DNA of 59,097 bases from Alphaproteobacteria bacterium (GTDB lineage: Bacteria; Pseudomonadota; Alphaproteobacteria; Methylaequorales; Methylaequoraceae): assembly GCA_045563015.1 (NCBI GenBank), contig JBJKUQ010000001.1, forward strand, positions 1 through 59,097, written 5' to 3'. Shown here one piece after another: positions 29,623-39,200 of the stretch; the first letter of the stretch is position 1; every line of letters begins with the position of its first letter. A model generated the notes under the pieces. The model saw nothing but the letters and a program-made list of their open reading frames with translations, was not told where the DNA came from and ran no database searches. Made by a program: the position numbers and the translations under genes.

Positions 29623-30934
29623 ATGTCACTCTCTGTTATAATTTTAGCTGCTGGCAAAGGCTCAAGAATGAAATCAAGTCTCCCCAAAGTTTTTCATGGG
29701 ATAGGAAATTACCCAATGCTTTATCATGTTTTGGATACCAGTGAAAAACTAAACCCTAAATTTATTACGATGGTAATATCTGATTCGTTAGAAAAATATT
29801 AGAGAGAGTATAAAAAATAAAAATAGTAAGGTAAATTTTGCTGAGCAAAAAAAACAATTAGGAACCGCTCATGCAGTAATGTCAGCGTTTAGTCAAAAAA
29901 AAATATTACAATCAAATGAAACTTTAATCTTGTATGCAGATACTCCATTAATTTCTGCACAAAACATTAGAAATTGTCTGAAAAATTTTAAAAAAAATAA
30001 TTTTGATTTATGTATTTTAGCTATGTTAGCTGAAAATACTGATAACTCATATGGCAGATTGATTGTTAGTGGTAAAAAATTAAAAAAAATAGTTGAAAAA
30101 TCTGAATTAAATAAAGATCAAAAAAATATTAAGTTATGTAATTCAGGTATTATGATGGTAAAAACAGATATATTATTTGAATGTCTAAAAGTAATAAAAA
30201 ATTCAAACAAGAAAAAGGAGTTCTATTTAACAGACTTAGTTGAAATACTTAGTAAAAAAGAAAGTAAAGTTTCTTATTTTAATTGTAAATTAGGGGAGAC
30301 GATGGGAGTAAATGATAAAAAAGAATTATCTATTTTAGAAAAAAAATTTCAGTCAGATAAGAGAGAAAATTTTTTAAAAAAAGGAGTAACCTTGGTTGAT
30401 CCCGAATCTGTTTTTTTTAGTAAAGACACAAAAATCGGTAAGGACGTGATTATTCATCCAAATGTTGTTTTTGGACCTGGTGTAAAAATAGGAAATAGTG
30501 TTGAAATAAAAAGCTTTAGTCATTTGGAAAATACCATTATCGGTGAAAATGTTTCAATAGGTCCATTTGCTCGGTTAAGGGATAATACAATTATTGATAA
30601 AGATACAAAGGTGGGAAATTTCGTAGAGATTAAAAAATCAAAAATAGCTAAAAATGTTAAAATTTCTCACTTGTCATATCTAGGTGACTCAACTGTGAAA
30701 AAAAATACAAATATTGGTGCAGGATCAATAACATGTAATTACGATGGAATTAAAAAGAATAAAACAATTATAGAAGAGAATTGTTTTATTGGTTCAAATA
30801 CTTCGCTTATAGCACCATTGAAAATAAATAAAAACTCGGTGATAGGTGCAGGCACTGTCGTTGATAAAAATATTAAAGAGGGCACAGTGGTATATAGAAA
30901 ATCACAATTAATTAAAAAAAATAAAAGAAAGTAA
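29623..30934 (+). CDS. glmU: Bifunctional UDP-GlcNAc pyrophosphorylase/GlcN-1-P acetyltransferase (frameshift near 29797-29806)
   Basis: ATG 29623 gives [23 protein letters not shown]. Removing one T joins it to [39 protein letters not shown]. Confidence 0.95.
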
Positions 30935-32757
30935 TGTGCGGAATATTTGGAGTATTTGCTAACTATTCAGTAACACCTTCAATCATTGAAGGTTTAACAA
31001 AACTTGAATATAGAGGATACGACTCATCTGGGATATCTATATTAGATGAAAAAAAACAAATTAAGACAATTAGATCAAAAGGTAAACTTAACAATTTAAA
31101 AGAGAAATTAAAAAAAACCAAATTTGATGGAAATATTGGAATTGGTCATACCAGATGGGCAACCCATGGAGTTCCTTCAACGATTAACGCGCATCCACAT
31201 GTATCAGAGAGCGTTTCAATAGTTCATAATGGAATCATAGAAAATTATAGTTTCTTGAAACAAATATTATCGAAAAAAGGATATAAGTTTAAATCTCAAA
31301 CTGATAGTGAGGTTATTGCTCATTTATTAGATGATCAATTAAAAAACCATTCACCTGAAGTTGCTATTAAAATGACTTTATCAAAATTAGAAGGCGCTTT
31401 TGCACTAGCAATTTTATTCAAAGATTTAGGTATTTTAGCCGGTGCACGTAAGGGAAGTCCACTTGCACTTGGTATTTCAGAAGATGCTATTTTTCTTGGA
31501 TCTGATTCAGTTGCTTTAGCTCCATTCACGGAAAAGATTATATTTCTAGAAGAAGGTGATAGTGTTTTTATTGATGGAATGAATTACCAAGTTTACAGTG
31601 AAAGTTTTAAAAAGGTTAAAAGAAAACTAAGTATTTCATCATACACTAAAGATAATTTAGATAAAGGAAACTTTAATCATTACATGCAAAAAGAAATTTA
31701 TGAGCAACCACATATTATTGGCGATTCTTTGTCTAGATTTTTAGATCCTGTTAACAAAATAATACAAATGCCTGATATTAAAATTGATTGGAAAAAAATT
31801 TCTAAAATTAATTTAATTGCTTGCGGTACATCTTTTTATTCGTGTCAAGTTGCAACATATTGGATTGAAAAAATTGTTGGTGTAAGTTCAACAGCTCATT
31901 TGGCATCAGAGTTTAGGTATAAACCTATAGTTGAAAAATCAGATAATGTTTTATCAATATTTATTTCTCAATCTGGTGAAACTGCTGATACTTTAGCTGC
32001 ACTAAAGTATGCTAAGAATAATAAAAGTAAAACTTTAAGTTTAGTTAACGCCTCGGAAAGTAGTATTGCAAGAGAATCACATTTTGTTATTTCTATAGCT
32101 GCTGGTCCTGAAATTGGTGTGGCCTCGACTAAAGCATTCTCGGCACAATTAAGTGTCTTAGCATGTTTATGTTTGATAATGGCAAGAAAAAAAAAGAGAA
32201 TCTCCAAAAAAAAAGAATTGCTTTTGACTGAGAGTTTACTCGAAATACCTTCTAATATGTTAAGTGTTCTTGAGATTCATAAAAAAATTAATAAAGTCAC
32301 AAAAAAAATCGTAAATTCTAAAAGTGCTTTATTCCTTGGACGTGGATTAATGTTTCCGATTGCAATGGAAGGTGCACTGAAGTTGAAAGAAATTTCTTAT
32401 ATTCATGCTGAAGGATATGCGTCCGGAGAAATGAAGCATGGACCAATTGCATTAGTTGATGATAAAGTTCCAGTTATTATTATTGCACCTAAAGATTTTT
32501 TGTTTGAAAAAAATATCTCTAATATGCAAGAAATAATGGCAAGAGGAGGTGATGTTATCTTAATCACAGATGAAAATGGTAAAAAGGAAATTAATGATAA
32601 TTCAATTAAGAAAATTGTATTACCAAATGTAAACGAATTTGTGCAACCAATATTATATTCTATTCCTGTTCAATTAATTGCATATTTTGTTGCTGTAAGT
32701 AAAGGAACAGATGTTGATCAACCAAGAAATCTAGCTAAATCCGTTACTGTTGAATAA
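30934..32757 (+). CDS. glmS: Glutamine--fructose-6-phosphate aminotransferase
   Basis: MCGIFG, LEYRGYDSSG, GHTRWATHG, SQSGETADT, EIGVASTKAF, DVDQPRNLAKSVTVE*. Confidence 0.99.
   Translation: MCGIFGVFANYSVTPSIIEGLTKLEYRGYDSSGISILDEKKQIKTIRSKGKLNNLKEKLKKTKFDGNIGIGHTRWATHGVPSTINAHPHVSESVSIVHNGIIENYSFLKQILSKKGYKFKSQTDSEVIAHLLDDQLKNHSPEVAIKMTLSKLEGAFALAILFKDLGILAGARKGSPLALGISEDAIFLGSDSVALAPFTEKIIFLEEGDSVFIDGMNYQVYSESFKKVKRKLSISSYTKDNLDKGNFNHYMQKEIYEQPHIIGDSLSRFLDPVNKIIQMPDIKIDWKKISKINLIACGTSFYSCQVATYWIEKIVGVSSTAHLASEFRYKPIVEKSDNVLSIFISQSGETADTLAALKYAKNNKSKTLSLVNASESSIARESHFVISIAAGPEIGVASTKAFSAQLSVLACLCLIMARKKKRISKKKELLLTESLLEIPSNMLSVLEIHKKINKVTKKIVNSKSALFLGRGLMFPIAMEGALKLKEISYIHAEGYASGEMKHGPIALVDDKVPVIIIAPKDFLFEKNISNMQEIMARGGDVILITDENGKKEINDNSIKKIVLPNVNEFVQPILYSIPVQLIAYFVAVSKGTDVDQPRNLAKSVTVE
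32668..32757 (+). repeat. glmS 3' end (direct repeat copy 1; attTn7-type region)
   Basis: The last 45 nt (32713-32757) match 34066-34110 at 41/45; weaker similarity extends back to 32668. Confidence 0.9.
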
Positions 32758-32842
32758 ATGCGTATTCAACCGCTCAGGTAATGTGAAATGATTTTCTTTA
32801 TGCAAGTTGATAAATTTGGCATACTGATTGCTTTAATTAAGT

Positions 32843-34009
32843 ATGTTAATTGAATTAGATTATTTAAAAAAATTCAAATGTGTGGGAAGTGATTGTTTAA
32901 ATACATGCTGCGGAGGATGGTCAGTTTATGCTCAGCAAGAGGCTTTGGATAACATAAATAATAAAATTAAAAAATTATCCACAAAAAAAAAATATGACAA
33001 TTTTTCTAAAGCATATAAAAAGTTTAAGAGCTCTAATGATGAAGTTTATATATTAGCAGATAAAAATAATACATGCATGTTTTTAGATAAACATAAACTA
33101 TGCACGCTTCACAAGCAATTTCACCATTCAATTTTACCAACTGGTTGTCAACAATTCCCAAGAAGATTTATATATTTTCCTAAATCAGAATTTAATTCTG
33201 GATCATTTGGTTGCCCTGAAATAAGTCGAATGGCTTTATTTCAAAATAGAATACTTGATGTGGTTATTGACGGAAAAGAAAAAAAATCTGAGAGCATAAA
33301 TTTCCTTAATTTAAATGAAGGTCATGATAAACAATTAGATAGATATGCTATCAATGGACAAAAGATTATTAATCTAATTTATAAATTATTTTTAGATAAA
33401 AATAATATTCATCTAATATTAAGAGTTGTTAATCAAGTGACAATTGACAGAGAATATTTGGAGTCTAAACCTAGTCAAATAGAGGAGATCTTCTTTTTTA
33501 TTTATGAAGTCTTAAAAAAGGAGAATATTCTTTCAGTAAATAAGGACAAGTTTCAGTTATCATTTTTCAAAAATTTTTTCTCTAGTATAATTCAAGATGA
33601 TTTACACCTTCCTGTAAAAAAAATTTTAGAAAAGAATTGTAAAGACTTTTTTGTAAATAACAAAAAATCTATATTAAAATTTAAAAAAAATAGAATTCTG
33701 TTTGATAAATTATTAAAAAAACATTCATATTTTGAACAAAACTATTTTATCAATGAAATCTTAGGTAAACTTCATTGTTTCACAAGAAAATCATTGGATT
33801 CTCAGGAGATGATAGGAAAAGCAATTTTAATTTATTCAATTTCAAGGTTTTTTTGTATTACTTGTTTATCAAAAAATAATGAAAAAAATATAGAATATGA
33901 TTTTTTAAAAATTCTGTCTCAAACAACTAAATGTTTTGATGGAATTAATTTTAGAAAAATGATTCAGTTAAACAAGAATATTTTTAATGAATTAATCTTA
34001 CTATTTTAA
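32843..34009 (+). CDS. Flagellin lysine-N-methylase FliB-like (YkgJ/CxxCxxCC-type Fe-S protein)
   Basis: FKCVGSDCLNTCCGGW, CMFLDKHKLC, GCQQFPR, SFGCPEISRMAL: the FliB N-terminal Cys pattern. Confidence 0.8.
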   Translation: MLIELDYLKKFKCVGSDCLNTCCGGWSVYAQQEALDNINNKIKKLSTKKKYDNFSKAYKKFKSSNDEVYILADKNNTCMFLDKHKLCTLHKQFHHSILPTGCQQFPRRFIYFPKSEFNSGSFGCPEISRMALFQNRILDVVIDGKEKKSESINFLNLNEGHDKQLDRYAINGQKIINLIYKLFLDKNNIHLILRVVNQVTIDREYLESKPSQIEEIFFFIYEVLKKENILSVNKDKFQLSFFKNFFSSIIQDDLHLPVKKILEKNCKDFFVNNKKSILKFKKNRILFDKLLKKHSYFEQNYFINEILGKLHCFTRKSLDSQEMIGKAILIYSISRFFCITCLSKNNEKNIEYDFLKILSQTTKCFDGINFRKMIQLNKNIFNELILLF

Positions 34010-34019
34010 TTTGGCAACG

Positions 34020-34110
34020 GTTCAACTCCATGCATATTTTGTATCTGTTTTTAAGGGTAACAGTTGTTGATCAACCAAGTAATCTAGCTAAATCCGTTAC
34101 AGTAGAATAG
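34020..34110 (+). repeat. Diverged duplicate of the glmS 3' end (direct repeat copy 2; gene fragment)
   Basis: gttgatcaaccaagtaatctagctaaatccgttacagtagaatag encodes VDQPSNLAKSVTVE*. Upstream gttcaa..gcatattttgt..aagggt aligns to VQLIAYFVAVSKG with one extra base. Confidence 0.88.
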
Positions 34111-34241
34111 TCATTTTATTTGTTACTATCAAGGTGATAAATTTATTGTTATAACTTATATAATAATTAACGTATTTGCAAAAAAGGATATTGAAATACT
34201 TGTTTGCGAGTAAGTTTTGTTTTGAATTGAAAGGAGATAAA

Positions 34242-34829
34242 TTGTATTTAAAAATTTTTTCTTTGTTTTGCTTTTTAATATTTCATTTTGACTTAAAGGC
34301 CGAGGGTATTGTCTCAATGATAAGAGAAAATCCGAATTTATCAACTTTTTACTCATACATAAACAACACAGAACTTGAAGCAACCTTACAACAAAAATTC
34401 CCATGGAATTGGACAATTTTTGTTCCTAATAATAAAGCTTTCGATGCTTTGCCTAAAAGGGTTTATGATGAAATTTTATCAGATACTTCTCTGAGAAAAA
34501 TGTTGATTATGGATCATATTTTAATAGGACAAAAATCGAGTAGTAACTTAAACTCTAAAATTACAGAAGAGATTACTGTTACTGATAAACCAATTCAACT
34601 TTATAAAAGAGAAAGTTTATACGTAAAGGATATGGTAGTTGTGAATGAAAATACATCTGCTGATAATGGTGTTATCCACGAGATAAATTGTGTTATGTTT
34701 GTCCAACCAAGCCCAGAAGATGACAGGTTAACTAAATTACAAAAAGATAAATTTCCAATTACTTCATGTTGTATGAAAACAGAAAATGAAATTGATTCAT
34801 GGTTGGGGTCGGTTAACTCAAGATTCTAA
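34242..34829 (+). CDS. Fasciclin (FAS1) domain protein
   Basis: AGGAG SD then TTG 34242; signal peptide; NLSTFYS, WTIFVPNNKAF (H1) and ADNGVIHEINCVM (H2). Confidence 0.85.
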   Translation: MYLKIFSLFCFLIFHFDLKAEGIVSMIRENPNLSTFYSYINNTELEATLQQKFPWNWTIFVPNNKAFDALPKRVYDEILSDTSLRKMLIMDHILIGQKSSSNLNSKITEEITVTDKPIQLYKRESLYVKDMVVVNENTSADNGVIHEINCVMFVQPSPEDDRLTKLQKDKFPITSCCMKTENEIDSWLGSVNSRF

Positions 34830-34840
34830 TCTTTGGAAAG

Positions 34841-35038
34841 TTGGATTACTATTCAATAATGAAAGAAAAAATTGGATTAGATAAATTTTGTGATTATCTC
34901 TCAAAAATAAATATGGATTTTACTGATTTCATACTAGAAGATTGGGAATCTGAAGAAGAAGGAAATATAAAATTGAATGGTTTAACTGAAGAGGAATGGA
35001 TGAATTTATATTTGCAATTTTTAAAAAAAAATAGATAA
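34841..35038 (+). CDS. Small acidic hypothetical protein
   Basis: 65-aa ORF 12 nt after the fasciclin gene, same strand. Confidence 0.55.
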   Translation: MDYYSIMKEKIGLDKFCDYLSKINMDFTDFILEDWESEEEGNIKLNGLTEEEWMNLYLQFLKKNR

Positions 35039-35117
35039 AAAGAATTAATCAACTTAGAAATTCTTTAAATTTTTTTATAGTGGAGTGAGAAAATACCTTT
35101 AGAGATAAAATAAAGAA

Positions 35118-35897
35118 TCATTTAATTTTTTTACATGTAAAAGGGAAAGTTATAGTTCCTTTTTTAAATTTTTTATTTTTTTCGAAACATGAAATATTTT
35201 TTGGTCCATTTGACCAATAATTATGTGGGTTTAGAGAACTATAAAAGTCTTTTATAAAGTATTTGCAACCCCAGTTGTCTTTTTCTTCTTTTTTACAATA
35301 ACGTTGACCAATCTGTAAATGCAAATGTCTAACTCTTGCCATACATCGATAATTAACTTTCTCTGGAAGTTTTGCAAGTATATCCCCTCTTTTAACATAA
35401 TCATTCTCTTTAACCATGAATTCTCCAACATGACCATAAATGGTAATAAGGTTTTTCCCATCTAATGCTTTTCCGTGATCAACAACCAATGTAGCTCCCC
35501 AACAGTCCTCAATAGTGGTTTCCAAAACTTTACCATCTGCAATTGCAATTATTGACTGGTTTTTTTTACCAATAATATCAATGCCTTGATGAATGTTATC
35601 TCTAGGTCGAGTATTTACTCCACTCATACTTCCAAAATCAGATAAAATTGGATTGATTTCGTAGCCATCAGGACTAAAATCTTTAGCATATTTAATGCAA
35701 TATTCTAAGACTCTAACATATTCGCCTTTATAACTTGGATGATCATGATACCATTCCAAAGAATTTTTACATTGTTCTGCTAAAATTGCTTCTTTTTTGT
35801 TTTCAAGGTCTCTTGAAATTGAAGAAAATGAAAATAAAAAGCATGAAGACACAAGAATTATTTTTAAAGCTTTTTTAATTTTTAAATGGTAATTCAT
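35118..35897 (-). CDS. M23 family metallopeptidase
   Basis: Signal peptide; HQGIDI (HxxxD), IYGH, HLHLQI (HxH). Confidence 0.88.
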   Translation of the reverse strand: MNYHLKIKKALKIILVSSCFLFSFSSISRDLENKKEAILAEQCKNSLEWYHDHPSYKGEYVRVLEYCIKYAKDFSPDGYEINPILSDFGSMSGVNTRPRDNIHQGIDIIGKKNQSIIAIADGKVLETTIEDCWGATLVVDHGKALDGKNLITIYGHVGEFMVKENDYVKRGDILAKLPEKVNYRCMARVRHLHLQIGQRYCKKEEKDNWGCKYFIKDFYSSLNPHNYWSNGPKNISCFEKNKKFKKGTITFPFTCKKIK

Positions 35898-36041
35898 AAT
35901 AATTATATATTGTTATTTTTCTGAAAAAAAAGAAAATACTTATCAATTTTTTTAAAATATATAAAATTTTAAAATTACGATAATTATTTAGTTTTTCGAT
36001 ATTTAGTAAAATTGTATTTAATTAAGAGAAAGGAATTTTTA

Positions 36042-36488
36042 ATGTTAAATGTATATTTGTCAGGTGAAATACATACTGATTGGAGAGATGAAATTATTAA
36101 ACTATGCAAAAATGAGAATTTGAGTATTAAGTTTTCGTCTCCAACTACAAATCATGAAGCTTCGGATAATTGTGGAGTAGATATATTAGGTGAAGAGGAG
36201 AAAAATTTTTGGAAAGATAGTAAAGGTGCTAAAATTAATTCTATTAAAACAAAAAAATCAATTAAAGATAGTGATGTAGTTATTGTGAAGTTTGGAGAAA
36301 AATATAAACAATGGAATGCTGCCTTTGATGCTGGGTATGCTTCAGCGTTAAATAAATCAATTATAGTTATACACAATGAAGAAAATCAACATGCTTTAAA
36401 AGAAGTAGATGCTTCTGCATCTGCTGTTGCAAAAGATCAACACCAGGTTGTAAGAATATTAAAATATATTACTGAGGGTTCGCTCTAA
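36042..36488 (+). CDS. YtoQ family protein (nucleoside 2-deoxyribosyltransferase-like fold)
   Basis: MLNVYLSGEIHTDWR, GEKYKQWNAAFDAGYA, HALKEVDA. Confidence 0.85.
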   Translation: MLNVYLSGEIHTDWRDEIIKLCKNENLSIKFSSPTTNHEASDNCGVDILGEEEKNFWKDSKGAKINSIKTKKSIKDSDVVIVKFGEKYKQWNAAFDAGYASALNKSIIVIHNEENQHALKEVDASASAVAKDQHQVVRILKYITEGSL

Positions 36489-36586
36489 GCTTAGTTTAAA
36501 ATGAGATTAAACAAAGAAATTCATGAATATAACACTGGGATACTATGATCTTAAGAAAAATTATAATTTTTAAATATTAATTAGAA

Positions 36587-36913
36587 ATGTATTCTTATTT
36601 AGTTCTTTTTTTTGCCATTGTATTGGAAGTATCAGGAACAATGCTTTTACCGATATCAAAAAATTTTACAAAATTAATTCCAAGTCTAATTTTAATTTTT
36701 TCTTATGGGATGTCTTTTTACTTACTTACATTAATAACTAATAAGCTTCCTCTTGTAATAATTTATTCTTCATGGGCTGGTTTAGGAATATTTTCTGTAG
36801 CAATTTTAAGTTATTTTTTTTATAAACAATCATTAAACTGGCAAGTCATATTAGGATTATTTTTCATAGTGATTGGAGTAATAATTGTTAATATTTTTAA
36901 AGGTAAAGTTTAG
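36587..36913 (+). CDS. SMR/DMT family small multidrug transporter (EmrE/QacE-like)
   Basis: 108 aa, 4 TM segments, AIVLEVSGT (membrane Glu), IYSSWAGLG. Confidence 0.9.
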   Translation: MYSYLVLFFAIVLEVSGTMLLPISKNFTKLIPSLILIFSYGMSFYLLTLITNKLPLVIIYSSWAGLGIFSVAILSYFFYKQSLNWQVILGLFFIVIGVIIVNIFKGKV

Positions 36914-36925
36914 TATGAAGTTTTT

Positions 36926-37171
36926 ATGAAAAAATTTGTAAAAGTAATAAGGTGGTTTGGTGTAAATTTTTTTAAAACCTTCTTTTTAATCTTCTTTTGT
37001 TTTATAGTTTATTTTATAGTTATTCTATCAACATCATTTTTTCAGATATTCAATTTTTTTAGTGATATGTTTATTTCAATAACGAATATTTATGAAGAAA
37101 TTCAAAAACATATTAATGAATACAATTGGAAAGAATTTGAAATACCAAAAAAAAAAGATGATGTTGTTTAA
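36926..37171 (+). CDS. Hypothetical membrane protein
   Basis: 81-aa ORF with a hydrophobic stretch, co-directional with neighbours. Confidence 0.55.
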   Translation: MKKFVKVIRWFGVNFFKTFFLIFFCFIVYFIVILSTSFFQIFNFFSDMFISITNIYEEIQKHINEYNWKEFEIPKKKDDVV

Positions 37172-37234
37172 GGTTTGAAAACTTAATTATATTCGTTAAG
37201 TTATATTAGTGAATAATATATTTAGTATTTTGAT

Positions 37235-37639
37235 ATGAGATTCTATAATTTTTTTATTTTTTTCATAAGCTTGGTAATGTTTGAAATTGTAAATTCTAAC
37301 GACCCTTACGATAATAATCTTGATGGTAAAAGACTCATTTGTATTTCTAATTCAGATAGTATTGAAGACTGGGGAGTGAGATTCTTATCTGATAGAAAAG
37401 TAGTTTTATTCTCTTTAGATAAATTTTTATATGAAATATATAAATATCAAAGAACATATAGGACTGATCTAAGAAATATAAATATTTTTAAGGGAAACGA
37501 TATTGAGTTTGTTATAAGTAGACAATCATTAAGATTTGGAAATAAACAATGTACAAAAACATCAACTGACCCCAGGATTATTCTTGAAAAAAGAATTATA
37601 GATATAAAAAATAAAAAAACTAAGTTTAATAAAATATAA
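37235..37639 (+). CDS. Hypothetical exported protein
   Basis: Signal-peptide-like N-terminus; two Cys. Confidence 0.6.
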   Translation: MRFYNFFIFFISLVMFEIVNSNDPYDNNLDGKRLICISNSDSIEDWGVRFLSDRKVVLFSLDKFLYEIYKYQRTYRTDLRNINIFKGNDIEFVISRQSLRFGNKQCTKTSTDPRIILEKRIIDIKNKKTKFNKI

Positions 37640-37658
37640 AAATTTAATTTATAATTGA

Positions 37659-38102
37659 ATGTTTTGTAAGTTCATAATTTTTGTTCTTTTTACCCTATTT
37701 TTTAATGTTACTTTTGGAAAAGATATTAAATTTAAATGTAGAGTGATTGATGAATTAGAAAATAGCCAACAAGCAAAGAAACTTTATTTAGAAAGACCTT
37801 TATTCCTTTTTTTAAATAAAAAAAAGAAATGGCTCTATGATTCACTCGAAAAAAAATTAAAAAATAAGGAAGGGTATTTTAGTTATAATTTCAGAACATT
37901 ATTTAATGAGAATGATCAATTTTATTTTTTCAAAATTTTCAAATTCCAAACTAAAAAAATGAGAATAAAAGAATCATATGATTTCATTATATTAGATAAA
38001 ATAGATGGTTTTTTTAGATTCGTTAAAAATTATTTAGATGATGATGAGAAAATATTTTTTTCATCAGAATTAAGAGGATATTGTGAAAAAATATCTGAAT
38101 AA
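37659..38102 (+). CDS. Hypothetical exported protein
   Basis: Signal peptide; Cys near both ends (FKCR...GYCEK). Confidence 0.6.
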   Translation: MFCKFIIFVLFTLFFNVTFGKDIKFKCRVIDELENSQQAKKLYLERPLFLFLNKKKKWLYDSLEKKLKNKEGYFSYNFRTLFNENDQFYFFKIFKFQTKKMRIKESYDFIILDKIDGFFRFVKNYLDDDEKIFFSSELRGYCEKISE

Positions 38103-38214
38103 GAAGTTTGCTTCTCTTTTTGTGATATTGATTACAATTTTAGTTAGTATTTTTTTTAATTATAAAAGCAAACTTGAAAGGTACCCTCAAATTTTTCAAA
38201 GTAAAGAAAAGTAA
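38083..38214 (+). CDS. Small hypothetical membrane protein, 43 aa (not in ORF track)
   Basis: GAGGA SD then GTG 38083; MKKYLNKKFASLFVILITILVSIFFNYKSKLERYPQIFQSKEK*. Confidence 0.45.
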   Translation: MKKYLNKKFASLFVILITILVSIFFNYKSKLERYPQIFQSKEK

Positions 38215-38217
38215 ATA

Positions 38218-38607
38218 TTATTTTTTTGCAATTACTCTGTCACATAGAATCTCATTTATAAAATAGATACTTGTGCCTTTTTGTGAAGATTTCCAATTTT
38301 TGTTAGCTGCTTTTTTTACAATATTTTTTCCCTGACCCATATTCATATTATATGCTTCATAGAAAATATCTCTTGTTTTTAAATTACTACAATTTATTTC
38401 TGAAAAAACTACAAGTGATTTCATTTTATTTTGTTGTTCTTTCTTATAATTAACTAATTGAGAAAAAAAAATTCTATCACCTCGTTTTTTAATCGAATTT
38501 GTATTGATGAAGAGATCACTTGTATTTGTTGAAAAAAGTTTGAACCAGGAACTGTATGCTTGGAAGGGAATACAAATAAAAGTAATTATTATAATAATTT
38601 TTTTCAT
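38218..38607 (-). CDS. Exported protein, surface-adhesin E-like
   Basis: Signal peptide from ATG 38607; W..LFST...LFINTNSIKK.GD, EINC, LCD pattern. Family call is from resemblance. Confidence 0.6.
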   Translation of the reverse strand: MKKIIIIITFICIPFQAYSSWFKLFSTNTSDLFINTNSIKKRGDRIFFSQLVNYKKEQQNKMKSLVVFSEINCSNLKTRDIFYEAYNMNMGQGKNIVKKAANKNWKSSQKGTSIYFINEILCDRVIAKK

Positions 38608-38662
38608 ACTAGAAATTATTTTAGAAAAAAATGATACTGATGTTAAGTAATTAAATTTTAAT

Positions 38663-39175
38663 ATGAGAAAACTTACATTTTTTTTTGTTATCCTCTTTTT
38701 TTTTAACAATGTAATAAGTGATGAAAAAATGAATTGTAAAACCGATAGACAGAGTGGACTAAGTTTTATTGGAAAAGATTACCTTAGAATTATTGAGTAT
38801 TTTGGGCTAGACAATTTCTCAATAATGTTATCAAGAAATAGAGATGATATAATCAAAAATCAACTTAAGCAAAATAATGAAAAGGGAAAAATTAAAAGAA
38901 TTAAAAATGTTCATTTTATTGAACTAATTTTAATGAAATCTAATGGATATCCAGTGGTTTTTCATTGTTCATGGAGACATAGAATAGATTTTGATAAGAT
39001 TATCGACAATAATTTTGAATGTATTGAGCAAAAAGAAAAAAGGGATTTATTTAGCCTTAATTACAAGGGCCAGTTCTCTTATTCATCTGCATTCAAAATT
39101 TCTAAAAACAAGATGAATACTTTGCACTCTCTTTTTGGTAAATGTAAAGTTTCAAAAGGCTATATTTCAAAATAA
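38663..39175 (+). CDS. Hypothetical exported protein
   Basis: Signal peptide; MNCK...GKCK terminal Cys pair plus two internal Cys. Confidence 0.6.
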   Translation: MRKLTFFFVILFFFNNVISDEKMNCKTDRQSGLSFIGKDYLRIIEYFGLDNFSIMLSRNRDDIIKNQLKQNNEKGKIKRIKNVHFIELILMKSNGYPVVFHCSWRHRIDFDKIIDNNFECIEQKEKRDLFSLNYKGQFSYSSAFKISKNKMNTLHSLFGKCKVSKGYISK

Positions 39176-39200
39176 TATTTAATTTTAAGGATTAGAGTAA

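Noticed and set aside
32758-34140. Tn7-like transposon inserted at attTn7 (TGT at 32782, about 25 nt after the glmS stop, and an AAGTTGATAA motif)
   Set aside because: No tnsABCD/tniQ genes, no matching ACA end with a 5-bp target duplication, and Tn7 does not duplicate the glmS end.
38104-38175. 10-bp inverted repeat AAGTTTGCTT/AAGCAAACTT as a MITE or attC site
   Set aside because: Single copy, lies inside a plausible small ORF, and there is no integrase or target duplication.
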